From the NCBI GenBank assembly GCA_963706955.1, contig CAVPOC010000008.1, positions 1,024,001-1,088,000 on the forward strand: a DNA stretch of 64,000 nucleotides, read 5' to 3'. The stretch's first letter is position 1. Every line of letters begins with the position of its first letter. The notes below the pieces were generated by a model. It did not search any database. It saw only the letters and a list, made by a program, of their open reading frames with translations, and had not been told where the DNA came from. Of this stretch, positions 20,898 through 32,919 are shown in pieces. A program made the position numbers and the translations under genes. The DNA is from an uncultured Verrucomicrobiae bacterium (GTDB lineage Bacteria; Verrucomicrobiota; Verrucomicrobiia; Chthoniobacterales; Terrimicrobiaceae).

Positions 20898-21623
20898 ATG
20901 AGCGCATATCCAGCTCCCGACGATGCGAAACCCATGCTCGCACAATTCGAAGAGTTGGCTCGAAAGCGCCGCGCGACTCGCCACTTTCTGCCGCAACCCG
21001 TCGAGCACGAGTTGATCGAACGTTTGCTGCGAACAGCACAATGGGCGCCGAGTGGATATAACCTTCAGCCCACACGATTCATTGTGGTAGCCGATCCTAC
21101 CACCCGATCGAGGATCAGATCGGCATGCATGAATCAAGCATCCATCGAGGAGGCTCCCATCGTGATCGTGTTCGCCGGAGACCACCTTGCGTCCGACAGG
21201 TTGGAGGAAGTTCTAAACCGGGATCTTGCAGCTGGTGCGATTACTCCCGATTACGCCAAGTTCCTGCGCAAGATTGTGCGTTTGATGTTCAAACACGGGC
21301 CGCTCGGCATCAATTGGCTTTGGAAAGCAACCCTAATACCCCTCGCAAGGCTGTCAGTTCCAATCCCCGAGATCATGGCCGTCCACAAACGCTTTTGGCT
21401 CGCGAAACAGGTTGCGCTCTGCGCGATGAATTTCATGCTTGCGGCGGAGGCGGCGGGCCTAGGGACAGTCCCGATGGAAGGCTTCGATGCCGGGCGATTG
21501 CGCCGCGCGCTTGACTTGCCGCGCTCGTGGGAACCGATTCTTGTCGTTCCGATTGGCTACGCCAAGACAGACCCGCCCAAGAGGACACGGGTGCCGCTGC
21601 AACGGGTCATCCTTTGGCGATAG
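20898..21623 (+). CDS. Nitroreductase family protein
   Basis: RRATRHF, APSGYNLQP.RF.V, MNFMLAAEAAGLGTVPMEGFD, VPIGY. Confidence 0.92.
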   Translation: MSAYPAPDDAKPMLAQFEELARKRRATRHFLPQPVEHELIERLLRTAQWAPSGYNLQPTRFIVVADPTTRSRIRSACMNQASIEEAPIVIVFAGDHLASDRLEEVLNRDLAAGAITPDYAKFLRKIVRLMFKHGPLGINWLWKATLIPLARLSVPIPEIMAVHKRFWLAKQVALCAMNFMLAAEAAGLGTVPMEGFDAGRLRRALDLPRSWEPILVVPIGYAKTDPPKRTRVPLQRVILWR

Positions 21624-21935
21624 ACTGCTAGCTCAATTACGTAGCATTATCGGACCGCAAATGTCGGTCGCAGCGATGCCTTTTGCGCGCGCTGAAGTCC
21701 GAAAGAGACATCTTCATGATGCTGGGGAAACAGTGCCGTCGCTCGCAGCAGGCCGAAGAAAAATTAGTCAACTTAGCTTAAAAAGGTCAGGAGGACGCGG
21801 GCCTTGGGCCATTGGCAATACCTCTAAGCGCGCTCATCACTCTTTTGCGGACGCATCTTCTCAGACGGAGGTCCTCTCAACTATATTACGGATTGCGGGC
21901 GCTCACTGGCAGCACTGCAAAAACTAAACTAACCT

Positions 21936-22105
21936 ATGACAAACCCGAACTAGTAGAACTCAATGCTTCCGAAATGGAAGCGATCGGCGTCGGCTACGGC
22001 AGCAGCAGGCGTCCGAGACTCGGTGCGCTGATCGTGCTCCTTCTTCTAGCTCTCCTTCTCCGAAGCCGCACGGCGGCCCCAGATGCGGAAGCCGCCGCGG
22101 TCTGA
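21936..22105 (+). CDS. Possible small peptide with a double-glycine-type leader (needs +1 nt correction)
   Basis: M(TK)PELVELNASEMEAIGVG followed by a basic/hydrophobic core. Confidence 0.35.
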
Positions 22106-22532
22106 CGAGAGTATCTTCGGTCCGATGTCTGCAAAAAAGCCTCTTGCGGCAATTCGTCTCGAAGATTTATGGGCAGGCACACGGGGATCGTCCCGTGTGC
22201 CTGCTTCGTCAAAGGTTTTCATGATGGTATGCAGCGATTCACATTTGATCCACCCCTCTCGTGATCCGCGCATAAACCGCCGCCCCGCACTGACAGCGCT
22301 CGCCAAAACTCGCGCTCTCTGAGTGCCCTTTTCGGAATCATTCCTGAGAGATGCCATAGGCAGTCCTAACCCGATTACCGCTGAGAAAAAAAGAGAACCC
22401 ACGAGCCGTTCGCCTGTGGTCTCCTTGCGATAATTCTCAGCTTCAATTGTAGCGGCGGCCTGGGCGCCTCCCCTGCGCCGACCGGGCCCTGCCGCCGTGG
22501 TGACACAACCGCTACAAAAGACCGACTACAGC

Positions 22533-23798
22533 TCAATCCATCTTGTTTTGCTGCCAGGATTCCTCGATCGCTTCGACGCCTGCTTCGGGAGTCATGTTTC
22601 CGGCGGCTATGTCTGCGGAGACGTCGTTAAAGACGCGTCCAGTGTCAGGTCCAAGCAACTGATCGATAGCAATCCCGATCCATTGGGACTTGCCGATCTC
22701 CTCGGCGATCGCCTTGAGGAAAGGATCCTTAATTGCTTGAGCCGTCCCTTCGACGGCGGGGATGAACACGCCTGCCTCAGCTATTTTGGTCTGGGTTTCT
22801 TTTCCGAGCCACACCCTCATGAAATCCACTGTCTCTTTAGGTGCCTGCTTGGAAACCAACCAACCGTCCAGGCTCGCGAACAGATCATTGGCTTTGCCCT
22901 TGCCATCTTTGACTTCAGGAAAGAAGAACCATCCCATCTTCTCGTTAGGAAGGCCCTTCTTGTCGGCAGCGTTTCTCCTGCCCTCGACCAAATCCCAAGG
23001 GCCCATCAGATGAAAGGCCGCCTGGCCGTCGTGAAACACCCCCGATGCTTCCGGATAGGTGTTGGATAGATAGCCCTTCTGAAATGGCTCGAGGGCGGCG
23101 AGCTCTTTATAGAGCTGAAACGCCTTGAGTACGTTTGGATTAGCAAACCCGCCATCCTTGTCCTCATAAGCGGCCTGAAAGCCCTCCTTGCCGAGGATGC
23201 GCATCATGAGCAGGGCGGGGTAAAAATGCAGGGGCCACTTATCCTTGCCACCCGCCGCTATCGGCGTGATGCCCGCCGCCTTGAGCTTTTTGACGGCTTC
23301 CATGAAATCCTCCCATTGTTTGATCTGCGTCGGATCGACACCAGCCTTTTGGCACAACTCTTTATTATACCAAAAAACCATTGGTGCGAGGTCGTTGGGC
23401 ACCCCGTAGGCTTTACCGTCAACGACGAAATTTTGCGCGGTTGCAGGATAAAAGGTCTCGTTGAACCCTCCCTCGGCAATCTCGCTGGTGATGTCTTTGC
23501 AGATGCCCGCGGCGACCTGTTCGTGCATCACTCCACCGCCCCAACTATGAAAGGCGCTCGGGCGGTCCTTGGACTGCAGCAGCGTCGGCAATTTGGCCTT
23601 AAAAGCTTCATTCTCCAGATAGTTGAACTGCACGTCCACACCCGGATTGGCGGCTTCGTATTTTTTGGCAGCCTCCTCCCAAATCTCTAGGATCTTGGGA
23701 ACCGATTGCAGGTGAAGGATTTTGACGACGGTTTCCGCCCGCACGGACGAACTAAGCAATCCTAGCAGGGTACAGAGTAGTGATAGTGTGAGTTTCAT
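22533..23798 (-). CDS. Sugar ABC transporter substrate-binding protein
   Basis: Signal peptide, YEAANPGVDV, DGKAYGVP, FWYNKEL..KAG, KLKAAGITPIA, F.DGQAAFHLMGPW. Confidence 0.92.
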   Translation of the reverse strand: MKLTLSLLCTLLGLLSSSVRAETVVKILHLQSVPKILEIWEEAAKKYEAANPGVDVQFNYLENEAFKAKLPTLLQSKDRPSAFHSWGGGVMHEQVAAGICKDITSEIAEGGFNETFYPATAQNFVVDGKAYGVPNDLAPMVFWYNKELCQKAGVDPTQIKQWEDFMEAVKKLKAAGITPIAAGGKDKWPLHFYPALLMMRILGKEGFQAAYEDKDGGFANPNVLKAFQLYKELAALEPFQKGYLSNTYPEASGVFHDGQAAFHLMGPWDLVEGRRNAADKKGLPNEKMGWFFFPEVKDGKGKANDLFASLDGWLVSKQAPKETVDFMRVWLGKETQTKIAEAGVFIPAVEGTAQAIKDPFLKAIAEEIGKSQWIGIAIDQLLGPDTGRVFNDVSADIAAGNMTPEAGVEAIEESWQQNKMD

Positions 23799-24030
23799 GG
23801 CGTTGTTTCTATGGTGAAAATGCGACGTCCGATCGCATGCTTGATTTGCGGTTTTAGGGGGTTCAGATTTGCCGTCTAGCTACCGGCTTTCGGCTCCGTG
23901 GGAAGATAGCCTCGACGGGAGCCCGCTGGCAAGGACGCTCGTTAGTATCGTTGTGGAGGTCACGGTTTGTCTAGCGCCGTCCGGGATCGATGCCGTTCAG
24001 GGATATGATCCAGTCGATTCATAGTCCGCT

Positions 24031-24857
24031 CTATCCCTTGACCGCGCCAGAGGTGAGGCCGGCAATAATATGTTTTTGTGCCGCCAGATAAAAGAGGATC
24101 GCCGGTGCGAGAGTCAGGCTGATGTAGGCGAGGACCTTGCCCCAGTCGGTTCCATATTGGCCCTGGTACTGCATGATGCCCAATGGCCAAGGATAGAGCG
24201 ATTCACTATTGATCATTACCAGAGGCAGCAGAAAGGCATTCCAGCTCCCAACCAAGGCCAGGACGCCGACTGTTGCCAGCACCGGTCGCGACAAAGGCAG
24301 CGTGATCTGCCAGAAATAGCGCGTGTAACTGCAGCCATCGACCACCGCCGCCTCGAGCAGTTCTTTGGGCAATTGCGAAAAGAAGCCCGTGCAAGATCAC
24401 CACCGAAAAGCCAAGGTTAAAGGCTACCTGAGGCAGAATCACCCCCCAATAGGTATCCAGCAGCCCTAAATCGCGCACTCGAATGAAGACCGGCAAGACC
24501 GCGGTCGCGAAGGGAAAGGTCAGCCCAAGCGCCAGATAATTGCCGATCAATTTTCGGCCGGCAAAATGCATGTGGGAGAGCGTGAACGCGGCCATCGAAC
24601 TGACCAGCACCGTTAGCGACGGTGCTCACAAGGGCGATGATGGCCGAGTTTCCGAGCATCTGCCAAAAGCGGTGGCCCGTGAGGATCTCGATGTAATTGT
24701 CGACGATCCATTCTCGGGGCAGTCCGAAAGCATTGGTGCGCAAGTCTCCCGTCGTTTTAAAACCGCCGATGACCGTTGCCCACAAGGGCAGGATCACTGG
24801 GCCGGAAATCAAAAACAGTATCAGGAGCCGATAATAACGAAAAAGTCCTCTATCCAT
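24031..24857 (-). CDS. Carbohydrate ABC permease, MalG-like (frameshifted)
   Basis: EAA loop PKELLEAAVVDGCS, WNAFLLPL, QKHIIAGLTSGAVKG. Confidence 0.88.
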
Positions 24858-24859
24858 AA

Positions 24860-25823
24860 TTAGCGAGCCTCAGATTCGCGCATGAACAACCGCTTGTAGA
24901 AAATCATCACCAGCACGCAGATGACGAAGAGAATAACACCGACGGCGCTGCCGAAGCCGACCCTCATGCGCTTGATTCCAAACGTGTACAAGTAGGACAC
25001 CGCCGAGTGGGTCGAATTCGACGGGCCACCATCCGTTAGCGGGATGATCATGTCGAAGAACTGCAGCGAGCCCAAAATGCTGAAGAACAGCGAAAGGACA
25101 ATGACGTGCTTCATCATCGGGAGCACGACGTGCAGGGTCGATTTCCAGCGACTGGCGCCATCGATTTGCGCTGCCTCGAGGATCTCACTGGAAATGCCCT
25201 GCCGGCCGGCAACAAACAACGCCATGTGGAAACCAAAATATTTCCAAATGACGACCACCAAGAGGGCGGCCATGGCCCAGCCCTTCTCGGCGAGCACTTG
25301 CGGCGCTTCGAGACCGAACCAGCTGTAAATCACGGCAACGACACCGTAGTTGCCATCATACATGTAGCGCCAGATCAGGCCGGCCGCGACCTCGCCAAGG
25401 ATGTATGGCAGAAAGAAAACCGCCCGGAAGAACACGCTCGAGCGCTGTCCGATCCGAGATCAACAGAGCGACACTCAGCGCGAGCGGCACTTGGATGAAT
25501 GCCGAGACGAGGATCACCAGCAGGTTGTTGAAAAGCGCATTGTGGAAAATGGGATCGCTTAGTGCCCGAACATAGTTCTGCAGATTGATCCATTTCGTCG
25601 GCGCCCCGTATCCGTTCCAGTTGTAAAATCCGTAATAGGCTGCTTCCACCACCGGGAAGGTCACGAATATGGTAAACAGGAGAAGTGCCGGGGGTAGAAA
25701 GAGAAGGCAGGTGGTAAGTTGGCCCGATTGTGAAAAGTCCCGCAGACGCTTGCCAATGGTTTGCTTTGCAACCGCAGGCGGCGGCGCGGTCTCCTGTGTG
25801 GAAGTAAGTTCTTTGCTAATCAC
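24860..25823 (-). CDS. Carbohydrate ABC permease, MalF-like (frameshifted)
   Basis: LFLPPALLLF, WINLQNY, FFLPYIL, WKYFGFHM, EAAQIDGAS. Confidence 0.88.
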
Positions 25824-26071
25824 AGGACGTTTCAGCTAAAGGTTGTAACTTAGTCGCGCATTCCACGAGGCCGGATTCTCCTCGAGAGCCGTGCCGGAAG
25901 CGATGCTTGGCTGAGTTTGCTCGATAAGAAGGCAGGGGGCGATGGTCTCGGCATCATACGAAATGCTCCGGTGGTCGTTGTGGTCCTCGCAAGCCAACTA
26001 ACCAGATCTAGTCTCATCTTGGATAGGATGTCCGGCCACGATTTGAAGATTCGTCCGACTGGTTTGTGGCA

Positions 26072-27224
26072 TTATTGTGTGGATTTCTGAAGCGGATTCC
26101 AGGTCGCCGGCAATGGCTCGGCCAGCTTGCAGGTCGTGGCGAAGGAAACTGTTTGTCCCGAGTCGGCCGATCGGATGATCGACTCCATGATGTCGAGGAC
26201 GTGGAGGGCCAGATCGGCGCTGGCGCGGGGGCTGCCGCCACTGCGCACCGCGCGCGCCAAGTCCAACGCTCCCATGCCGCGACCTTCCGCGCTGCCCTCC
26301 GCCGGAAACTCTGTCCAATCGGCATCGGTTGGCGCGTCCAACCACTCTTGTGGAGAAGTCTTGTTGAGATCTTTCTTGCAGACGAACACGGAACCATCAA
26401 AGGCGTTCGGGTCGGGCAAGCGGATGGCGCCCCCTGTGCCATGGACTTCCAGCTCGCGTGTCGCAATGGGCTCGTCAAAGCTGAATCTGGCAGTGGCGAT
26501 CGGCCCGGAGGCAAACTCCAGCAGCGCCGAGATCTGCGTATCCACGGTGACTTCGAAGGTCTCTCCCGCGCGCGGCCCGCTGCCGATCGTCCGTTTATTC
26601 TGGGCTCGCCGGCCAAAGCCGGAGACCGTCTTCACGGGGCCAAAGAGCTGGACGAGCGCAGTGAGGTAGTATGGGCCCATATCCAGCAGCGGCCCTCCAC
26701 CTTTTTGGAAAAGAAACTCTGGGTTTGGATGCCAGGCATCCGGGCCTGGATAGCCAAACGTGGCCTTGGCCGAGATCGGGGTGCCTATCCGGCCAGCCTC
26801 GATCACTCGGCGTGCCGTCTGCAAGCCCGCACCCAGGAAGGTGTCGGGAGCATTGCCCAAGTGGACTTTGTTCTCAGCAGCCGCCGCGATAATCGTCTCG
26901 GCCCTCTTCGAGCGACAACGCGAACGGCTTCTCGCCATAGACATGCTTGCCTGAACGAATCGCCTGGAGCGCCACGCTGGCGTGGACCGCAGGGATGGTC
27001 AGATTTATGATCAATTCAACGTCGGGCATCTCCAAAACCGTGGCCAGATCCGCGGAGTGCGGCACCCCGTACTTCGCCGCCTGTGCCGACGCGCGACTCA
27101 AATCGATGTCCGCGCACGCAATGACGTTGACATCTGGGAAGCGGACCAGGTTCGTCAGGTATTGGTCGCTGATGTTACCGCAACCAACGACGGCAATTCC
27201 GACCGGTTCAAAAGTATTGCTCAT
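26072..27224 (-). CDS. Gfo/Idh/MocA oxidoreductase (frameshift near 26900)
   Basis: AVVGCGNIS, GKHVYGEKP, APDTFLGAG, WHPNPEF...GGGPLLDMGPYY. Confidence 0.9.
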
Positions 27225-27255
27225 AGATGTTTTCTCGTTGGAATCGTTTGACCGA

Positions 27256-28160
27256 TTATCGATTGGCGGTAAATGCATCCGGGCCGAACTGCTTGGCAAT
27301 CCAGGCTGCGGAAATTTTCGTGGATTCGAGGTTTGTCGGGGCCTCGGGCACGTCGACTTCGACAACGATCCAGCCGTTAAACGATGAGGGAAGCGCGCCC
27401 AACGCCGGCGGCCAGGTCGATATCGCCCCGACCCGGCTCTGTCCAGACGGTAAACTTTCCTCGGGTGGCCTCGTGGTAGCTGGCGCCGGCAGCTTTTGAC
27501 TGCCTTCACTTGATCGGCATGAACATCCTTGAGATGCATTCCTGCGATTCGCGTGGAATAACGACTCATGATCTTGACTGGGTCCACTCCGGCCCAGGTG
27601 AGATGGCCGGTATCCGGACCGAATCCGAGGATCGAGTCTGGGACGCCCTGCAGAACCGTATCGATTTCGTTTTCCACTTCGATCGCGCTTCCGACGTGAG
27701 GGTGCAGCATGGGCCGCACTCCTTCAGCGACAATGGCGGCTAGCCGCGGCGCCGACGCCATCGACGACTTTCGCCAAGATCGGCCGCGTCAGCATCCGCA
27801 CCGATCGCCGGATGTTCTACACGGACTCCGTCCACATTGGCGGCAAGGAAGACCTCTGTGTTGCCGAGCTCCGCCTGAACAGCCGCATGCCGTTTCGCGC
27901 TCTCGGCGATCTTGATCCAGCGGAGTGTCATGGAACGACGCTGCAAAGTAACCGGGTGCCGGAACAAACCCATAATCGGCAAGAAGAGCACGGTACTCGG
28001 ACGGCGTCAACTCGGCCGGCGGGTCGGCCTGGATCGCTTTGAACGGAGTGGTGGCGATTTCTGAAAAGGCTTGGCGAAGGACCGGAACAGAAAGGTCAAA
28101 TCCTCTTTCAGTGAGCACCCACGGGAGCGGGTTCAAGGCGATTTTGGCGTGGCTGGTCAT
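27256..28160 (-). CDS. Sugar phosphate isomerase/epimerase TIM barrel, IolE-like (frameshifted)
   Basis: ALNPLPW, LHPHVGS.IE, FGPDTGHLTWAG.DP, MHLKD. Confidence 0.8.
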
Positions 28161-28373
28161 AGGTGGTTGTCCCGGCAGACTAGCCGGACAACCCCTCCTC
28201 AGATAGAATTTCTCAATGGCCTTTAGAACATTCGTCCGACTTTCCGACAGTCGAAGCACTTTCCGGCGATGCAGACGCGCCAGCCGGCCGGCTGCAACCG
28301 ATCGCCTCCGCGGTTGACATCATGAACCGCAGAAAGCCGCAGGCTCTCGGCGTACCCGAATCAGGTCGTCAGT

Positions 28374-29248
28374 TCAACTGTGCTTTGCTGAGAGCGAAAC
28401 GCTGCCGGCGGTTGTGCCGAAGAAGCGTCGAAAGTGGCGATTGAGGTGCGCCTGGTCACAGAAGCCCGTGGTGGCTGCGATCTCGGCCAATGAAAGGGAA
28501 GGATTGCGCTGGCCGATGAGTTTGCGCGCGTGGTTTAGGCGGACGAGGAGCAAATATTGATGCGGGGTATGGCCGGTGAGTTGACGGAACATGAGCGCAA
28601 AATGACTGCGACTCATCTTCGCCAGCGAAGCCAGCTCGTTCAAAGAGAGGTCTTCGGCAAAATCTTTCTCCAGACGCTCAACTGCTCGCCTGATGTCCAG
28701 GCGGAACAGCCGTCTTTCGTTCCCCTTTTTTACAGTCCCAAGCACGCGCAAAGCTAGGGCACGGGCAAGCGGCTCGAAATAGAGCGGACCATGTGGGCAT
28801 TGATCCTCGGTCTCTTCCATGAGAAGCCGGCATAAGGCTTCCGTCCGCTGGTCGATGGCAAAGAAATGATGCCAATGCGACTTCGGAGATAACCTCGAAG
28901 AGCCCCATCTCTTTGGCCATCGCCTCGAAAAAAGCAGGCGAGAAGCTGAAGTTAACAACAAAGCCCGCGGCACCCTCCCACTCGCCAAAAACCGGCACGC
29001 CTGGAGGCGAAACAAAGATATTTCCCCGGTGAATGTGGTGATGGTGCAAACCAAGCTCCGGAACCGTAATCCACGTGTCTCCCTTCTCTGTTCTTGGCCT
29101 GTACCAGAAGGTGTAAGTGTTCTGAGCGGGAGTTACGGCAGAGGAAACGTTGGCGGGAAGCCTGTGGATGGCGACTTTGAGCGCATCGACCCCGGAGCGA
29201 TCGCTCCGCAGAACAACCAGAGTCATTAACATTTAAAGCTCCGGCCAT
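28374..29248 (-). CDS. AraC-family regulator, paralog 2 (frameshifted)
   Basis: LSLNELASLAKMSRSHFALMFRQLTGHTPHQY...GFCDQAHLNRHFRR. Confidence 0.88.
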
Positions 29249-29324
29249 TTTTGGCTACAGCTTCACGCGCAGGAACATAACAGCTCAATCTCGGACGGCA
29301 CTCGAAACCTCTCGCTGGCAGAAT

Positions 29325-30299
29325 TCACAGATTCAGGACGTTCGCGCTCGTCGGTCTTTGACCTAACGCCGGATCACCCTGCCGCGACATCGCTGACTGC
29401 TTGCCAGGCGGAGCGTGAACAACGCTGTGCTGTGACCGGAAAGCTGCGGGGGTCGTGCCGAAAACGCGGCGAAAATGACGGCTGAGGTGCGCTTGGTCGC
29501 AAAAGCCGCTTGCCGCGGCAATCTCGGCCAGCGGAAGTGCCGAGTTGCCTTGCGCGATGAGTTTGCGCGCATGATTTAACCGCACCAAAAGCAGGTATTG
29601 GTGCGGCGTGTAACCCGTAAATTCTCGAAACATGAGCGCAAAATGGCTGCGGCTCATCTGCGCCATGGTCGCAAGTTCACCCAAAGAAATCTCGTCCGCG
29701 AAATCGGTTTCCAGATGTTGGACAGCGTGGCGGATGCCCGGTGGCACGCTCGCAGCACGCCAGGCGCGGCCGCGCTGATCGCGCACCGTCCCCAGAACCT
29801 TCAGCGCCAAGGCGCGGGCAAGTGGCTCGAAGTAGAGCGGACCATTGGGACATTGTTCCTCGGTTTCCTCCATCAGGAGCCGACACAATGCTTCGATCCG
29901 CTGGTCGATGGCAAAAAAATGGTGCCAAGGCCGCTTTGAAATAAGCTCTGAAAGACCCATCTGCGCGGCAAGAGATTCGAAAAAGCGGGCATCGAAACTG
30001 AAGTTGGCCACGGTGCCCTCAGCCTCTTCCTGTTCACCATGCACAGGCAAGGCAGGCGGAGAGATCAGCAAGTGATTGCGACTGACATGATGGTGGTCCA
30101 ACCCAAGCTCCGGAACCGTCAACCATGTGTGTCCTCTCTCTGCCCGCGGCCTGTACCAAAACGTGTAAGCGTCTTGTTCAGGTGTGAAGGACGACCAGGC
30201 ATTCGCCGGAAACCTGTGGATGGTAACCGATAGCTCCTTGACCGCGGAGCGATCGCTCCGGTGAATAATCAAGTCATTGACGTTTATCGGCCCGGGCAT
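29325..30299 (-). CDS. AraC-family regulator, paralog 1
   Basis: ISLGELATMAQMSRSHFALMFREFTGYTPHQY...GFCDQAHLSRHFRRVFGTTP. Confidence 0.93.
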   Translation of the reverse strand: MPGPINVNDLIIHRSDRSAVKELSVTIHRFPANAWSSFTPEQDAYTFWYRPRAERGHTWLTVPELGLDHHHVSRNHLLISPPALPVHGEQEEAEGTVANFSFDARFFESLAAQMGLSELISKRPWHHFFAIDQRIEALCRLLMEETEEQCPNGPLYFEPLARALALKVLGTVRDQRGRAWRAASVPPGIRHAVQHLETDFADEISLGELATMAQMSRSHFALMFREFTGYTPHQYLLLVRLNHARKLIAQGNSALPLAEIAAASGFCDQAHLSRHFRRVFGTTPAAFRSQHSVVHAPPGKQSAMSRQGDPALGQRPTSANVLNL

Positions 30300-30390
30300 T
30301 TTTGGCTACATCTTCCGGCGGAGGAACATAGCAGCTCGGTGGTTCGGGCACACTCAAAAATCTTCTGCACCGCATTGATCGTTGGCGGAC

Positions 30391-32788
30391 TCAAGCTGGC
30401 AACGGCTCGATTCTCGCGATGCTCTCCATGCGCCAGTGGCAGCCGAGCACGCGGTTTTCACCGACGACTTCGATCCTGCCTTTCGATTTGATGTCGCTGC
30501 TGGATGCACCGACGAATAGCTCGAATTCGCCGGCCTCGACCACGCGCTGATAGGCGGTATTGGTGAAATTGAGCATGTCCACGGGAATGGAGAAGCTCAC
30601 CACCGCGCGTTCTTTCGGCCGCAGCGTGACTCTCTGGAAAGCCTTCAACTCCTTTACCGGGCGGACCAATGACGCGAAGACGTCGCGGAAGTAGACTTGA
30701 ACGACTTCGCACCCCTCGCGCTCGCCGGTATTCTCAAGGTCGATCGCCACCTCCACGGTTCCATCACTGGTGCTGACTTGATTCTCTTTAATCCGCAATT
30801 CGCGATAGGTGAACTGGGTATAGCTCAGGCCATAACCAAACGCGTACTTGGTGCCGAAGTGATAAGCGATCGGAGCGCCGCCACTCTTGAGCTTGTGGTT
30901 ATAGTAGTACGGCACCGCGCCGACATTTTTTGGGATCGAGACTACCAGGCGTCCGCTAGGGTTTTCCTTGCCCGTTAGGAGATCCGCTATGGCTTCGCCT
31001 CCTTCCTGACCTGGTTGGAACGCCATCAGAACTGCTGCGGCTTGGTCTTCGAGCCCATTGAGAGAATACGGGCGGCCGGAGGTAACCACCACCACTGTGG
31101 GTGTGCCGGTCGCGATGATTCGCCGGACGAGCTCTTCCTGGACCCCTGGCAATTGGAGGCTGTCAGTGTCTGAACCTTCGCCCACCGTTCCGGTCTGGAA
31201 CAAGCCGGCCAAGTCGCCAACGAAAACGATGGCGACATCGGACTGCTGCGCGCACTCCACCGCGCTGTCGATCTGAGAAAGATCACGGCTGATTGGCGAG
31301 GTTCGCTTCAGGCTTGCCGCGACGTCGGAATCGACGTCACCGGGAAAGACGGGCGCTTCCGGATTGCGTTCGGTCAGGATCTCGCATCCTTTCGCATAAC
31401 GAACGTTGTTCTCACCAAATCGCTCCAGGAGAGCTTGCAGCGGGGTCTTGGCGTATTGGGCGTCTTCTTGCATGTTGGCGACGATCAAATGCACCGGAAA
31501 GGAATAGCCACTAAACATCGCCAACTGATCGTCGGCGGTTGGACCTATCACCGCCACCTTCGGGCTCTTCGTAGGGTCCAGCGGAAGCACGCCGCGATTT
31601 TCCAGCAACACGATCGACTGCAACGCCACCTGTTTCGCGAGCTGTATTGCGTTTTCCGCTCGAAGGTTCAGCTGACTCTCGTCGGCATACGGGTTTTCAA
31701 AGAGACCTAGACGAAACTTCTCGGTGAGAATGCGCCCTACGATTTCATCGATCTTTTCCTCCGTTATTTGACCGCGTTTCAGCGCCTCTTGGAGATTTTC
31801 TGTGCAGTCAAACCCGGGCAATTCGATGTCCAAGCCTGCATTGAAGGCGAGCGCCGCCGCCTCGGCTTTGTCGCGGGCGACTGCGTGATGGATATGGAGC
31901 AAGCTAACACCCCCATAGTCGGCGACAACGAGACCATCAAACCCCCACTGGTCTCTTAGAAGAGTCGTCAGCAGGTAATGCCACGAATGACACGGCTCGT
32001 TGTCGATGTCATGATAGGCAGGCATGACCGAGCCCGGCATTGGCTTGCTTCACCGCCATTTCAAAAGGCAGCAGAAAGGTGTCGCTCAGTTCCTTGATGC
32101 CGAGATGCACGGGAGCATGATTGCGACCGCCCTCGCTGAAGGAATGACCTGCATAGTGCTTTAAGGTGGCCAGCAGTTCGCGATTCTCGCCCTGGAGTCC
32201 CCTGACGTAACGGGTAGCGAGAACACCGATGAGGTAAGGATCCTCTCCCATCGTTTCTTCGGTGCGTCCCCAGCGAACATCGCGCGACACGTCAAGAACG
32301 GGTGCGAGACCTTGATGACAACCAATCTGCTTGGCCTCTTTTCGAATCTCACCACCAACCTGCTCAATGAGCTCCGGATTCCAGGTCGAGCCGTAGTTCA
32401 AGGCGGAAGGAAAGAGCGTCGCACCTTTTGCCATGAGGCCGACCAGGCACTCTTCGTGCGACATCGCGGGGATGCCGAGCCGAGTCTCCTCGACGAGAAA
32501 CTTCTGCAGGGTGTTGAGGGCGCGGACGCCCTCTTTGGCATCGACCGGGTGGGTGCCGAGTGGCCGGGTGATTTGGCCCATCCCCGCCTTGAGCATCTCC
32601 TTGAAGGCCTCGCTCGTCGTCCTCTGTGCGAAAACATCCTCGCGCATGCGATGCTCGCCGTTCGCGGAGAGGATCAACCAATGAGAATACATTTGGGCGA
32701 TTTTCTCGGTCAAAGTCATCCGTCCGAGAAGGTCAACGACGCGTTCTGTGACCGGCAACCGAGAGTCTTTGTAGGGATATGTAACCAT
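30391..32788 (-). CDS. GH3 beta-glucosidase/xylosidase (frameshift near 32035)
   Basis: RLGIP..HEEC, APVLDVSRDVRWGRTEETMGEDP, KHYAGH, WGFDGLVVADY, and a C-terminal Fn3-like EVVQVY...RPVKELKAF. Confidence 0.93.
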
Positions 32789-32919
32789 GGATTTAAGGAA
32801 AGGCGTTCACCCAGTTTCACAAGGCTTTATCCTCAACGACTTGCAAAAAGTTGAAAACCCCGTAAAACGTGGTAAAACTTAACGTGTGTTATAAGTGGGG
32901 TTATACAACCAACTCGCCA

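Noticed and set aside
28239..28265. ACTTTCCG direct repeat upstream of the sugar operon as AraC half-sites
   Set aside because: Plausible, but only two 8-mers 19 bp apart; insufficient alone.
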